From positions 15,810,001 to 15,874,000 of the forward strand of contig JBHGNT010000017.1 in NCBI GenBank assembly GCA_043228905.1: a stretch of DNA of 64,000 bases, in the 5' to 3' direction. The notes beneath the pieces were generated by a model that saw nothing but the letters and a program-made list of their open reading frames with translations, had not been told where the DNA came from and did not search any database. Each line of letters opens with the position of its first letter. Position 1 is the stretch's first letter. Source of the DNA: Azolla caroliniana (lineage: Eukaryota > Plantae > Polypodiophyta). A program made the position numbers and the translations under genes. This document shows positions 47,384-61,189 of this stretch, piece after piece.

Positions 47384-49593
47384 TTTGACACCACTGGTTG
47401 TCAGTCACAAGTGTCGATTGTTGACCTAACGACTCGTCCATAGCCACCGACTCCTCGATATTGCGGTCGGTAGCTATCCCTTCTTCTTCGATCGCACAAG
47501 CCCCGGTTGGGCTTGCTTCTCCAACGTCCGGAGTTTCAAGCACCCATGCCCGAAATAGTCGGTCTCTTTCCGAACCAGCGATCGTCACCTCCCCATATCC
47601 GGCCTTATCCTCGGTTGGTCTTTCTCCGCAAGTCAAGAGGGTGGCTTGCCCACACCCTCTCCCATGGTAACGTCATGACCGCGCAAGCCTCAGCTGGGCT
47701 TGCTTCTCCAACGTCCGGAGTTTCAGGCACCCGTGCCCGAAATAGTCTTTCCGAACCAGCGATCGTCACCACCCCGTATCTGACCTTATCCTTGGTCGGT
47801 CTTTCTCTGCAAGTCGAGAGGGTGTCTTGCTCCACACCCTCTCCCATGGTAACGTCGTATCGTCCCTCAGCCTCCGCATGGGCCACGTCTATCTCGTCCG
47901 GAAGGCCAACTAGCTCTGAATCTCCGGAATCCGACCGCGTGTCGGATCTTTCCTCTTCCTCGATCTTCGCCTTTAGAGCCACATACGCTTCCCAGACCAC
48001 GGCTCCAACGTCAAGCTTCGCTGGTCCGCCTCGTTGCACGCCCGCTCCATGCTATGATGGTGTGTCGTCACACATCATCTTCCCCTTTCCGTTCGCGGGT
48101 CGCTGCTTATCCAGCCGTCGTCATACCCATTTGACTTTGAACCAGTCCTCCGAAAGGCCATTCGCTCCATCGTTGTCTTCGAGCTCAATTCCGATGGCCA
48201 TCTGTTTTGTTCGGTCGATTGACCTAACGAATAGCAAGACTTTGTCCACCCCCACCAGTCTTTGTTCCCATTCTAGGAGCCAAGAAAACCACCGCACGAA
48301 CTCCAATAACACCTTTGTTGCGCCCCGATGGGTCTTCGCCGATGTCACCCACTGGACGAAGTTGTGCCAACCCTCAGTTTTCGGCCATCCGTATGAGTCT
48401 TGGAGAACCTCTTCAAAGGCTTCCCATGAACTATGAGCTTCTTGGAGCTCCTTCACTTTCGCATGCATCTGGATGGCTACCACCGGACAGAGAAATTCCA
48501 GCCTCAACGCCTCACCTACGCCTCGCACCGCCATTTCCGTGTTGTAGGCTTCCAAGTAGAATGGAACTTTGTCCTCGTTGAATAGGCCGACTCGATCGAC
48601 CACGCTCTCGATCGCTTGTTGCGCCACTTCTCGTCTCATCGTCACTTGTCCGAACTCCACCAATACCTTTGTCATTATCTCCGCGAAGTCATAGTCTTCC
48701 ATCTCCATCCTCCCTTGCTGCCCTTTCACGTTGGGTTCACCAAAGATGTCGCGGAAATCCGCTTGCACGTGTAAGTTTCAAGGCAGAACCACAAGGGTCT
48801 TGGACCAAAGAGAGACGGAGGAGGAAGGACCAAGCTTTGTCAGTACCGGTTACGCCGGTTGAGACACCGACTAGAGTGTTTCCGGTTTCAAGCCGAAGGC
48901 GACCGAATGAGGGAGAGAGAGACACGCGCTCACACACACTCACTCACACATCACGTACATAAAAACCGGAAAGAAAGGAAAATATCCGACATAGAGAGAT
49001 AGGTAGGCACAAATTAATGTATATATATATAGGAATAACAAGTTGCATATCCGGGTTCGAGCCGGACCAAAACGGATTAGGTACAATGAGTGTCTGCAAT
49101 CAAGCCTCCAGTTGGGGAGCTCAAGAGATCGCCCCTGTGAGTGGAGGCCTTGTGCAGAAGACACAACAAAAAAACGGAACCCTCAGAGCCTATGAGTTTG
49201 AGTTGGACTAAACCCTAAACACCAAACGCACTCTACAAAAAAAAGATGGAACCCCTTTAAACTGAGAGAGAGAGGAAAGCACAAAAATGGTGAACCCCTT
49301 TTACAAGAGACCCCTCCCTCCATTTATAGTCCAAGGAGGGAAGGACGTTACAATGTGGGACAGATATTCCTCTTTTTCAGAGGAGATATCTTGCCATGAT
49401 TTCCGAGGAGGTACATTAAACATCCTCCGGGGCAGTTATGTACACCTCCTCACTAACTCTTGTGCATCTTAGCACCCCTTTGCATTTCCTTTATTCCTAT
49501 TTACATTTTCTTAACGTACATGTGCATGTTGCACATTGCTGACTTTGCCCATTCCATCCGGTTTTCTCACTATAGCCAGAATTCTTCACGACA
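47384..49593 (-). mobile_element. 5' part of a Trp-primed Gypsy: 5' LTR 48747-49593, PBS 48726-48742, gag with a ~180-bp internal duplication
   Basis: Reverse complement reads TGTCGTG...CGCGACA then TGGTGAACCCAACGTGA. gag homologous to 26624 and 35571. Outer flank CCGG. Confidence 0.88.
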
Positions 49594-52500
49594 CCGGATC
49601 AACTGAAGAAGCCAAATACCGGATGACGGAGCGGCGGTGGAAACCATCCAGAATGTCACACATGCCGAGTAGAACTATTTTATTAAATAGGTCCAACGTA
49701 CGCAATCAGTGTCAGATTCTCTTTTAAGAGCATTGAAGTACATGTCAATACTTCTTAACGGCCCTGAAAGATGGGCTTGTATATATTAAGTGCATATAAG
49801 CACTATGTTATTTACTAACCATTTTTTTGTAATAGAATTTTTGTTGTCTCTCTCACTCAGTCTCCCTCTGTCTTGTACTCTGTGTTGTGTGTTAGTGAAC
49901 TGTTCATCTTCTAGATAAACAACCGATTGTCGGCTCATAAGTATCCTCCACAGTCGACGTAGCTTACTGACAAGAGTCATCAACAGGGTTCCGGAAAAAG
50001 GAAGAACAAAAACATGGACAGAGGCATGGGTGATGCTCTTCTGACAAAAGAAACTATGCATCTTGGGAATACAAGATGCACCAGTACTTGCTCGGGCATG
50101 GCTATTGGAGTTACATCCAAGAAGAAAATGAAGTAGCAACGAAATCGTCACACAAGGATTTTCCAGCCTGGGAGCAAGGAACAAGTAGAGTCTTGTACTG
50201 CCTTGCATCTTGTGTGCAGGATAAGGTATTGGGCTACAATCGACATGCAAAGACATTGAATGAGTCATGGAAAATCTCAAGAAGATTTTCGCCGCAAGTA
50301 TCGCGGCCCGGAAGTTGCAGCTTCGCCAAGAGCTCAACAATATCTAACAGAAGGATATGTCGGTGACCGACTACACCACGAAGATCAAGGACATCTGCGA
50401 TGCCTTCAGGTCCATCAATGTGTTGGTGGACGAGGAAGAAATGGTACAGATCGGCCTTGGTGTTCTACCTCTGATATACAGACTGATCCAAATAACCATT
50501 TGCACAAGGGAGAAACCATCGTTGTTCTTCATCCTGCAATCGATGCTCATGGTCGAAGAAAACCACAAGTGCATCAAGGATCACGCAATCAGACAACTAG
50601 ATGTTGTACACGAAGGCGTATAGGCCCCATGGTCGTGGAACTCGGTGGATTGACACGCAATGGTGGTGGCCGACAAGAGCAAAATCGGAGGCACAAAAGA
50701 GGTGCCGACAGCAATGGACCCTCCACAAGCAGGGGGAGAACGTGGTGGATCGACACGCAATGGCGGTGGCCGACAAGAGCATAATCGGAGGCACAAAGGA
50801 GGTGCCGACAACAATGGACCCTCCACAAGCAAGGGGGGTCAGGGTGGTGTTGGAGACAAGCAAAACAAAGCCTCTGAATGGTCACAAGGGAAGCGAGTGT
50901 TGGAAGAAGAAGGTCGATTCTGACAAAGTCAAGTCAAGCAAAGGGCGGGAAATCAGCAGTGGTCGGACTTCGCTGAAGGCATGAAGCAAAACGGAACAGA
51001 TCTTGCCTTCGCAATGAAGCACAAAGCCAACTCAATGAAAACGAGCACCTCGAAACCAAACAAGGTGTGGTATGTCGATTCCGGTGCATCAAATCACATG
51101 ACGAGCCATGAAGAGGAGTTCTCATATCTGGAGAAGCTGGAAAAGCCGAGGGTCATTGAAACCGACAATGACACCTCACATCTTATCGAGCATGTCGGTG
51201 ATGTCCCCTTGAACCGTGTTAGCCAGAAAGGGAGACTAATGAACGTCATGCATGTTTCGACGATCACCGAGAATCTGGTGTCGGTCGGACAAATTGTTGG
51301 CCAAGGAATGCAGGTTCATTCACCCACCTTGGTTGCTTCATTAAAGAAGAAGGACAAATCATCGCACAAGGGAGACGAGAAGGGAGGATGTTCATCCTCG
51401 AAACTAATGGCGTAGGCACTGCAATGTTCACCAAAGGACAAAAAATCAAATTGGATATCAACTTGTGGCATAAGTGGATCGGCCACGTCAACTTCTAAAG
51501 GCTTCAAGAGTTGCAAGAGAAATAGATTCCTGCTAGTTTGTGAAGGCCCAAGTTTGTGATGTCTTCTCTTGTTTCCGGAACTTGAAGAATCTTTTAGAAC
51601 GGGAAACAGAGAAGAAAATCAATTTTCTACGATTGGATTGCGGAAAAGAATATTTTTCCGGGCAATTCAACTGTTATTTGCAACAAATGGGAATTCGACG
51701 TGAATGTAGCAGTAGATATATTCCAAAGTAGAATGGCGTAGCCGAAAGGAAGAACCGGTTGATTATGGAAGCGGCTAGGGCAATGTTGGAAGAGAAGAGC
51801 ATGCCCTAATTTTACTAGGCTGAAGTCATTCGAACGGTTGTGTACATCCATAATCAAATTTCTACACACAGAGGAAAGGTGTCACCACATGAGCTATATT
51901 TCGGGCACAAGTAGAATTTGGAACACCTAAGGATATTCGGCAACATTGCGCATGTGCATGTGCCGGATGAGAAGTAGAAGAAGTTGGATGCCAAGTTAGA
52001 GAAATGCATCCTCGTCGACTACTCGCATGAACAGAAGGGGTACAAATGCTATAACCCCCAAACAAAACAAGTACGAGTGAGCCACGATGTTGTCTTTGAC
52101 CAATTGGCGTCTTGGTATTCTCTTCCGACCCCCGATGAGTCCATGCCGATTGCTGAGAATGAGGCCGAGATGGTGGTTGAAGAAGAAGAAATTGACCCTC
52201 TGGAAGAGAATCCAATTTCATTCATGCTAAGTGGGCCGAATGAAGAGCTGAGCCAGAATGGCCGGCTGGATGAAGAGCCGGCGAGAAGTGAAGACCTGAT
52301 CGTGTAGTCCCAGCGCCAGAAACCGAGGAGACGGTATAGGTGCAAAGAGAAGGGGAAGATGGAGATGTCAGTGTATGATAGAGATAAAGGTACATCAAAT
52401 CATGGGGAATACGACACCAACCAGAGTGATAAGGAGCCTCGGGAGTTGAGGTCTGATGTGGCCAAGAAGGCCCTAAAATCGACAAATGAGAAGTTACATC

Positions 52501-52860
52501 AATCAACTCGCCACAAGAATCCATTGATCTGATACAGATACAACAAATACATTGTGCATCGTTATGCATACATGTCGAAAGTGACAAAAGTTTGTGAGGC
52601 AGCACAAGATGCCAAATGGCGATCAGCCATGGAAACTAGCTACCAACAAGACTTGGGATTTGGTTGACCCTCCATGACACTTCAAGATAATCGGATATAA
52701 ATGGTTGTACAAAGTGAAGTGCAACACAGAAGGCTCGTTCAACTGATATAAGGCCCGGTTGGTGGCCAAAGGATACATAGAGACCCACAACATCGATTAT
52801 GATGAGACCTTCGCACCGGTGGCGAACATGACAATAGTCCATGTGGAGAGCTGAACAAGT
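49594..52860 (+). mobile_element. Heavily degenerate Copia element E (LTR remnant, gag with a ~100-bp duplication at 50640-50835, protease, integrase, partial RT)
   Basis: HQYLLGHGYWSY, WYVDSGASNHMT, KCILVDYS.EQKGYKCYNP; many stops. Confidence 0.85.
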
Positions 52861-52874
52861 CAACATTTTGCTAG

Positions 52875-55800
52875 TGTTCAGAGACAAGCCCAACATGGGC
52901 CGAATCAGTTGAAGAAGCGGAGAGCCGAACCGGTTGGAGACCGATCAACTAGGCATGAATCGGCTAAAGAAGCCGAGAGCCGAATCAAATAAAGTAGGAT
53001 TTGGGTGTGTCAAGTCGGATGGAATCCGATAGGCTGTTAGGAGCCTATATTCCTATTATAGTAAATAGGAATATTATAGGCATGATTAGTGCCATGCTCA
53101 CTTATGAGCATTCAAGTACAAACAGTACTTCTGTCAACCCACTCATCAGGGCTTGTATATAAAGTGCACTCTGAGCACTGTTGTATGTACTGAGTCATTT
53201 TGTTAATTATAGAAATTGTTGTCTGCTCCTCTCTCTCACACACACACACACACAGAATCTTTGTGTTTACCTAACTGTCGAGTTTCCGAATAATTGACTG
53301 TGTACTCGGAGTCTTTCGCACACGCTTCTGCACACGTATTCTTTTACATGGTATTAGAGCGTGAGGGTTGAGAATCCTCTACAGTCGACCAAAAAGCAAG
53401 TGAACAAGATAGAGACAAAGTTATTCATTTTTTTTCGGAAAAGAAATGACAAGAACATGGATAGAGGAATGGAAGCTCAATAGGAGCAACTATGCATCTT
53501 GGTCGTACAAGACGCACCAGTACCTACTCAGTCATGGTTACTGGAGCTATGTCGAAGGAGCTAATGATGCAGCACCAGTGTCAACACACAGATTTCCCGG
53601 CCTAGGAATAGGCAATGAGCAGAGTTTTGTATTGCTTTGTATTTTGTGTGAGCGATCAGCTACTAAACTATATCCGGGATGCCAAGACACTGAAGGATGC
53701 ATGGAGAAATCTGAAGAAGATTTTCACCGCGAGCACTACAGCCACAAAGCTTCAACTTACACAAGAGTTGAGCAATATTCGACAAAGGGAGATGTCGGTG
53801 GCTGACTATACCTCCAAGATCAAGGAGATCTGAGACTCTCTCGCCTCTGTCAACGTGGACGTCGAGGAGGACAAAATGGTGCAGGTTTGCCTCGGAGGGT
53901 TGGCATCAAAGTTCAGAGCATTCTGCATGGAAGTTTGCACGAGGGAGAATACGCCTTCCTTTTTCGAACTTCAATCAATGTTGCTCGTAGAAGAAAACCA
54001 CTCGGGTGTGTCAACGAGTACACACACCAACAACAAGATGTTGTACACAGAGGCGGATCAACCCCGGGGTCGTGGTGGACGAGGCGAGTTGGCACGCAAT
54101 GGAGGCGGCCGACAAGAGCAGAACTAGAGGCACAGAGGTGGTGCCAACAACAGTTCTAGACCCTCCACGAGTAGGGGGAGTCAAGACAGCGCTAGATCAG
54201 CAATCAAAGGCCAAGATGGACTGCTGATATTGTGCCAAGTAAGGCCACAAGGAGAGCGAGTGTTGGAAGAAACGCGCCAATTTGGACAAAGCCGGATCGA
54301 GCCGGGGTGACGCGGACATGCGTCAGAGATTGCACTACACTAAAGACTCAGGGCAAGCCAAGACAGGCCCAACCTTCATCATGAAGCACAAAGCAAACTC
54401 AATGACGGTGACCACCTCAAGTTCGAACAAGGTGTGGTACGTGGATTCGGGTGCATCGAACCACAATGAGTGTTCTCGACTCTAGAAAAGCCAGACCAGC
54501 TAGCGATGACACCCCTCACCCCATCGAACATATCAGAAATGTCCCTCTGAGCCATGTTGGCCAGAAGGGAATCATGAGGAATTTCTTGCATGTACCGACA
54601 ATCAACAAGAACTTGGTGTCGGTCTGACAGGTAGTCGACCAGGGCATGCAGGTTGGATTTACTCATCTTGGATGCTTCATCAAAGAGGAAGGCAAGATCA
54701 TTGTGCAAGGGCACAGAGATGGGAGGATGTTCATCCTCGAAACAAATGACGTCAGGACCCCTGTAATTGTGAAAGGGCAAAAAGTCAAATCAAATATTAA
54801 CTTGTGGCAAAAGCGGTTTGGCCATGTCAACTTCCCACGGCTTCGAGAGATGCAAACGAAAAACATCATTTTCGGCTTACTAAAATTTAGTGGCCAAAAG
54901 GGCCAAGTTTGCAAAGCTTGCCAATTGGGGAAGCATCACCGACTTTTGTTACCAAATGAAAGAAATCAGAGCCGAAACAAGCTCGATTTAATCCATTCGG
55001 ATGTATGGGGACCGGTGCAGAACATGACTATAAAGCGAAGTCTTCTCCTGTTTCTTGAAGGTGAAGAACCTTGTGAAACGGGAGACTAATAGAAAGAACA
55101 AGTTCCTAAGGTCTGATGGTGGAAAAGAGTATTTTTCCGACCAGTTCTATAGCTATCAGCAAAAGGTGGGAATTCAACGCAAATTTTCCTGCAGATACAC
55201 ACCAAAGCAGAATGGTGTGGCCAAAAGGAAGAATCGGACGATCAGGAAGCGGCAAGGGCAATGATTGAGAAGAAGCATATGCCGCAGTTCTACTAGGCCG
55301 AAGCGGTTAGAATTGTCGTTTACTTGCAAAATCAGACATCTGCAAATGGAATGTCGCCACATGAGCTGTACTTCGGGAAGAAACCGAATTTGGCACACTT
55401 GAGGGTATTCGGTAGCATTGCATATGTGCATGTGCCGAAGGAAAAGCGAAGGAAATTAGACGCGAAAGCTGAGAAGTGTATCTTGGTCGGCTACTCGGTT
55501 CATTAGAGACACATTAGCTGATTTATTGATTCAATAGTGATACATCTCTTCGATTAATTGATGCATTAATGGATATTGTGCTATTAGTCGTTCCATTAAG
55601 GTCACATTACATAATTGATCAATGCCTATTTCATAGTTACCATCCAAATGTTGATATTTACTTACAGAGAAGACTTCTTAAATTGACTCCTGACATTAAT
55701 CAAGAAAAAAGTGTGGCATTTTGGCCCATACAATAAACAATTAGTAGTATATTGGCTAATGCATAAATAGTCGGTGGTATTTCTAGCAAAGCACCGAAAA

Positions 55801-56530
55801 GACTGGCATTTTGAACAATTTTCTTTAAATATACAAATACAAATACACATGTGCACACTCCACAACTTTATATTGCAAGTGTTCCATGTTCTATTTCTTA
55901 CATTAAGAGCACTGCCAATATAAAGTTGCGTAAAGTGTATGTGTGTATATATATTACATACATTCTCTCTTTGTCTCTGTCTCTTCTCTCTCTCACTGCA
56001 TGTCTGTCTGTCTGTCTCTTGATGGGCCAATTTTGGTCTTAGAAAACGTTAATCTCTCTCTCTCTCTCTACAACTTTATATTGCAAGTGCTCCATATTCT
56101 ATTTGTTCCATTAACTTTGAAAAGTTGCATGAAATTAGGTATTTTAATAATTCATTTATGTTTCTCAGATTGTGTTAAGATGGGCGTTAGATAAAGGAGT
56201 GTGTGTCATCCCAAAGAGTTACAATGAAAAAAGGATGATCGAGAACATGCAAGTGTTTGGTTGGAGCCTTACCGGGCAAGATCATGAGAGGATTGAACAA
56301 ATTGAGCAAAAGAAGAACATGAGTGCTAGTTTCTTTTGCACGAGTTATAAATGTTATAACCCCCGAACGAAAGAGGTTCAAGTAAGCCAAGATGTCATTT
56401 TCAATTAGTCGGCTTCACGATACTTGCCTTCACCTGCAACCCCCATCCACTCCATTATGAATTATGAGGAAGAGGCCAATGAGGCCGAGTTGCCCCTGGA
56501 TGAGCAGGTAATCGGAACTCTAGAGATTCA
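52875..56530 (+). mobile_element. Degenerate truncated Copia element F (5' LTR 52875-53348, PBS 53349-53360, gag-protease-integrase) containing a host-DNA insert
   Basis: PBS TGGTATTAGAGC. Homology to Copia B up to KCILVGYS (55498), resuming at YKCYNPRTK (~56345). Confidence 0.87.
56169..56339 (+). pseudogene. Aldo-keto reductase terminal-exon fragment with upstream intron-like DNA (insert ~55499-56339)
   Basis: Acceptor TTTCTCAG, then IVLRWALDKGVCVIPKSYNEKRMIENMQVFGWSL, containing the AKR signature LRW...IPKS...R..EN..VF. Confidence 0.88.
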
Positions 56531-56894
56531 ATTTCCAAAAACCTTTACGCATGTGATGGTCCTTTTTGTGAAATGACCTACTTTGTGTCTTTTTTGGACG
56601 GACTGTTCTTAAATTGCGACATATTACCTGTTTCAAATTACCCGGTGTTTGTCATTGTCATCATCTATAGGTATCATTTTGCATCACGATTTTGTCCAGG
56701 ATTGATTTCGATCACTAACCTTCACAATTCCAGTGGGGGTTACGGCGAAGATCAATTTTGATCACTCACCTTCCCAATTCCGATGGGGGTTACAACTGCG
56801 CACTTTCCTAGTGGGGATCGAATCATTACTCGCTTGCACTCCATTTTCATTTTGGTCTACATTTCGCTCCACTTTCTTTTGACAATGATCGATT

Positions 56895-58985
56895 TTGATC
56901 GCTCACCTTCTAGTTCCGGTGGGGGTCCCAACTACTCACTTTCCTAGTGAGGATCATGTTGGTTTCTCGCTAGTGTTACCGTTTGTGTCGTGTTTTGGGT
57001 CAACCTCGACTATTTACCCTCTCATGATAGAAGAAGTCAAGTTGACCGCTTCACCTCCACTCCTTCGCTCGTTGTTGTTCCGTTCCTGGTGAGGACCGCA
57101 CATGGTCACTCAGGCCCGTTCGTGTTCCAGTTCCGCATGGTCGCTCACTCCCGTTCGTGTTCCAGTTCTCGTTGAGGACCACATGGTCACTCACTCCCGT
57201 TCGGGTTCCAGTTCCCAGTGAGGACCACACATGGTCGCTCACATCCGTCGGTGTTCCAATCTCCAGTGAGTACCACACATGGTCACTCATGCTCGTCGGT
57301 GTTCCAGTTCTCGGTAAAGATCACTGTCACGGACACACCAAGCGCGGACTAGGACGGAGCACAGATGATGGGGCTACGAGCGACATATGAACTTGGAGCT
57401 AGATGTGACGAGGCTAGGAACTCTAGATGTTGTGAGGGACATGAGGGCATGAAGACAAAAATAAAGATCAAGGAGACAAAGATGAGGCGAAACGAGAATA
57501 CTAGATTGATGTGTCAATGACTGGTGTTGAATCCCTTGAAAGGGACCAAGCAGGTTACAAGTATTTGTACATGTTCTAAGATTGAATATCTCTAGAATAT
57601 ACTCGAGAAATATCTCTAGAATATACTAATCTAGAATATGTTGTACAATATTTTTAGAATATACTACCGACTAGAATATATTGATTCTGAAATGTACTAT
57701 ATGTTAGACTATAGAATACTAGACCAATATTATATACAAATGCATGCTCATATCAAAATGGTTGAGCATGACATTTTGTAAATGTGAGGTTATAAGTTCA
57801 ATCCTCACTAACTACGTATTCGATGTCACTATGTTGTGACATTATCCTCCCCTTTATGACCACCTTTTCAAAAGCGTGGTGTAGGGGTGAACGGCAATTG
57901 GAGCACGAACGGGCATGAGGAACCATATGTTGTCCTCACCGGAGACTAGAATACCAACAGACTTGAGTGACCATGTACGGTATTCACTAGAGACTGGAAC
58001 CCCAACGGGTGTGAGCGACCATGTGTGGTCCTCACCGAAGACTAGAACACCGACAGATGTGAGCGACCATATGCGGTCCTCATCGGGAACATGAATAGGC
58101 ATGAGCGACCATGCGGCCCTCACCAGGAACTCGAACACGAATAGGCATGAGCAACCATGTGGCCCTCACCGGAACTCGAACACAAACGGGAGTCAGCAAC
58201 CATGCGGCCCTCACCGGGAACTAGAACACGAACGAGTGAGCGACCATGCGGCCCTCACCAGGAACTCAAACACGAACTGGAGTGAGTGACCATGCGGCCC
58301 TCACCGGGAACTCGAACACGAACGGGTGAGCAACCATGTGCGACCCTCACCGAAAAGTGGAACACGAACAGGAGTGAGCGACCATGCGGCCCTCACTGGG
58401 AACTAGAACACGAATGGGCATGAGCGACCATGCGGCCCTCGCCGAGAACTAGAACCCGAACGGACGTGAGCGACCATGCGGCCCTCACCGAGAACTAGAA
58501 CCCGAACGGACGTGAGCGACCATGCGGCCCCCACCGAGAACTGGAACAACAACAGGCGAAGGAGTGCAAGTGAAGCGGTTGACTCGACTTCTTCTATTAT
58601 GAGAGGGTAAATAGTTGAGGTTGACTCAAGACATGGCACAAAAGGTAGTGCTAGCAAGAAACCCACGCAATCCCCACCAGGAAAGTGAGCAGTTGTAACT
58701 CCCACCGAAACCAGAAGGTCTCTCACTCTCGTTCATGTTCCAGTTCCTAGTGAAGCTCACATGGTCGCTCACGTTCATCAGTGTTCCAATCTTCGATGAG
58801 TACCACACATGGTCACGCATGCTCATCGGTGTTCGAGTTCTCGGTAAGGATCGCATGATCGCTCACACCTATTCGTGTTGGAGTTCCCAGTGAGGGTTGC
58901 ATGGTCACTCACGTTCGTTAGTGTTCGAGTTTTAGTGAGGACCGCATGGTCGCTCACGTCCATTCGTGTTCGAATTCCTGGTGAA
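56895..58985. repeat. ~44-46-bp tandem repeat arrays (GAGCGACCATGCGGCCCTCACCGGGAACTCGAACACGAACGGGT) in both orientations, forming a long inverted repeat
   Basis: Arrays at ~57080-57324 (reverse), ~57905-58550 (forward) and ~58722-58985 (reverse). Unique block 56905-57085 is the inverse of 58540-58720. Confidence 0.9.
57325..57841 (-). mobile_element. 3' LTR of a probably non-autonomous chromovirus-derived element whose interior is the tandem array; related partial LTR at ~58999-59325
   Basis: TGTCAC...GTGACA. PPT rc AAAGGGGAGGATAA at 57842-57855. Carries a tRNA-like module (~57745-57812; ~59228-59292), CTAGAA repeats and the TTCAACACCAGTC motif. Confidence 0.82.
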
Positions 58986-59339
58986 CTTGTATAAGTATTG
59001 GTGTCAATGATTGGTGTTGAATCCCTTGAAAGGGACCAAGGAGGTTACAAGTATTTATACAAGTTCTAAGATTGAGTATACATTAGAATATACCTAACAA
59101 ATATGTCTAGAATATACCCTTCTAGAATACACCATAGAATATTTCTAGAATACACTAAAGGCTCTAGAATATTCTTGAATGTATATATATGCTAGAATAT
59201 ACAATACTTTATTGTATATAAATATATGCTCATATCCAAATGGTTGAGCATGACGTCTTGTAGATGTGAGGTTGCAAGTTCAATCCTCACTAACTAGTTG
59301 GCTTGATCTTGTAGTAGCAATGACATAAACCGTCTTCGA

Positions 59340-59760
59340 CATTTAATACTCCTTCCTAGACCTTCTGCAATGCTTTCCCATTATATCCCCTTACTTATCA
59401 AATTAGTTGACCGGATTCATCTTTGATACACGGGTTCCACAAGATGCATTGATTGAGTCATGCAGGTTCAGAGTTAGGTTGATCACACTTGAATCCTCGT
59501 CTTATGTCACACCACACTTTCCACATGGATGCACTTAATCTATCCTCTAATTGGCGTGAGAAACTTGGTTTGAGATCCATGTTTAGAATCCATCCCATTT
59601 GAAAGGCCCAATTGGCCCCTTTCTGTGGTGTAAAGTAAGCAAAGCGTGTTCGTAGTAGCATTTTCCAACAGTCATCCCATGGTTGGAGTCCTCGTGCCAC
59701 AAATTTGAACCAACCAAAACTTGAAAATTGTTAAAACTTAATTTGACTAATTTATGAGAG
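59340..59760 (-). mobile_element. Possible decayed LINE ORF2 C-terminal fragment
   Basis: Trp-rich peptide PWDDCWKMLLRTR...SMWKVWCDIRR resembles the post-RT region of plant L1 elements; no diagnostic motif seen. Confidence 0.35.
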
Positions 59761-60883
59761 ACTGCAAGTTTTTCAAATGATTCAAAATGTTGTATACAAT
59801 TTAGGAGGAAAAAAACTAGCCATTGTCTAAGTCTCCTTTTGCAAGTTGGGCAAAGCGAATGAGAATCTTGAATGACAACTAGCATATGTGTAATCAAGAA
59901 TATCTAGACCTTGAGGAGCAACATGCCACTTATAACATGCTTAGTTTTATGTTCAAAAAGTCTTGATCTTCAAACCTTGTGATGTTTATGTTTTGGAAAC
60001 ATTTTGGGTGGATTTAGTGATGCACATTGTACCTAGCAATCAATGAACATTAATAATTCTCTAACATTCCTACTTATACAACTACAATCCTCGAACATTT
60101 GGGTTTTTGTGCTTGTTCTTGTCGAATGCTTAATATTAATAACAAAGCCTCTTAGACTAATATGATGGTTAAATCATATGGATTGAGGCTCAATGTTGAT
60201 CTTCTTCAAATTTGAGTACAGCAGCTTGAATCATCTTTGTTTTTGTGGAAAACTATGAAACCATATGCAACAACTTAGAAGAAGCACAATCCATGTTTTT
60301 AGAGTGCTTACATTAATGGACTTGCATTGATTTGAATTTGGATTACATAACCGCCTCATAGGGTTAGACACAAACGAATTCAATTCAATGTTATTCATAG
60401 AACATGCACAACAACTAAGTTGATGGATCTAGGTGGAGTAGGGGGGAGTGAGAGGCCAAGTTTGGGGGCTACCCAAAATGTGGCTAAGCCTCGAAGAGGA
60501 GGCCGGATGATGAATCTATGCCAAGGTTATCATAATAAATCGAACTATTTCAAAGACCATTCAATTCTTTGTGGATGGAAAGGAAATGATGCTCGCTCCG
60601 TGGCACAGACCGAAACAACAAGTTTCGAGACTTTGGACTTTATTTTTTTATTTTTTTATTTATTTGTTAACTCTTTTTTTATATTTATTATTGTTTATTT
60701 ATTTATTTTTATTAAACAAAGCTTATAATCTATTTATTAATATAATTAATTTACTTGTTTGTGTTTTTTTGTGTTTTTTTGTGTTTTTTTGTGTTATTTG
60801 TTTATTTCTTTTTGTGAAATAAAATTTATAACCTATTTATTAACGCGATTTATTTACTTATTTACTTGTGTTTTTTCTTTTGC

Positions 60884-61002
60884 TTTATTTATTTATACTA
60901 AATAAAACTTTATCATCTATGTATTTATTTATACTAAATAAAACTTTATCATCTATGTATTTATTTATACTAAATAAAACTTTATCATCTATGTATTTAT
61001 TA
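60884..61002. repeat. 3 x 36-bp AT-rich tandem repeat
   Basis: ATTTATACTAAATAAAACTTTATCATCTATGTATTT x3. Confidence 0.92.
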
Positions 61003-61129
61003 ATACAAATTATTTTTTGGAAATTATTATGTTTGGAAGAATTTTTATGATATTGTTGAGAAGGATTTTGAAGAGATTTTAATAATAATTGTAATGAATA
61101 TTTCAATTAAATGTGACTGGCACGCCACA

Positions 61130-61189
61130 GGAGGGGTGACCGGCTGGTGTTGCCTCCCGCCGGCTATAGCCGGTCGCCTCTATTTCTAG
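61130..61189 (+). mobile_element. Helitron-like 3' terminus
   Basis: Perfect palindrome CCGGCTATAGCCGG (61160-61173), 12 nt, CTAG (61186-61189), then T; an isolated GC island in AT-rich DNA. Confidence 0.65.

Noticed and set aside
57325-59325. One intact element bounded by the two related LTRs
   Set aside because: The flanks do not form a TSD, the right LTR is truncated and diverged, and the interior contains an inversion.
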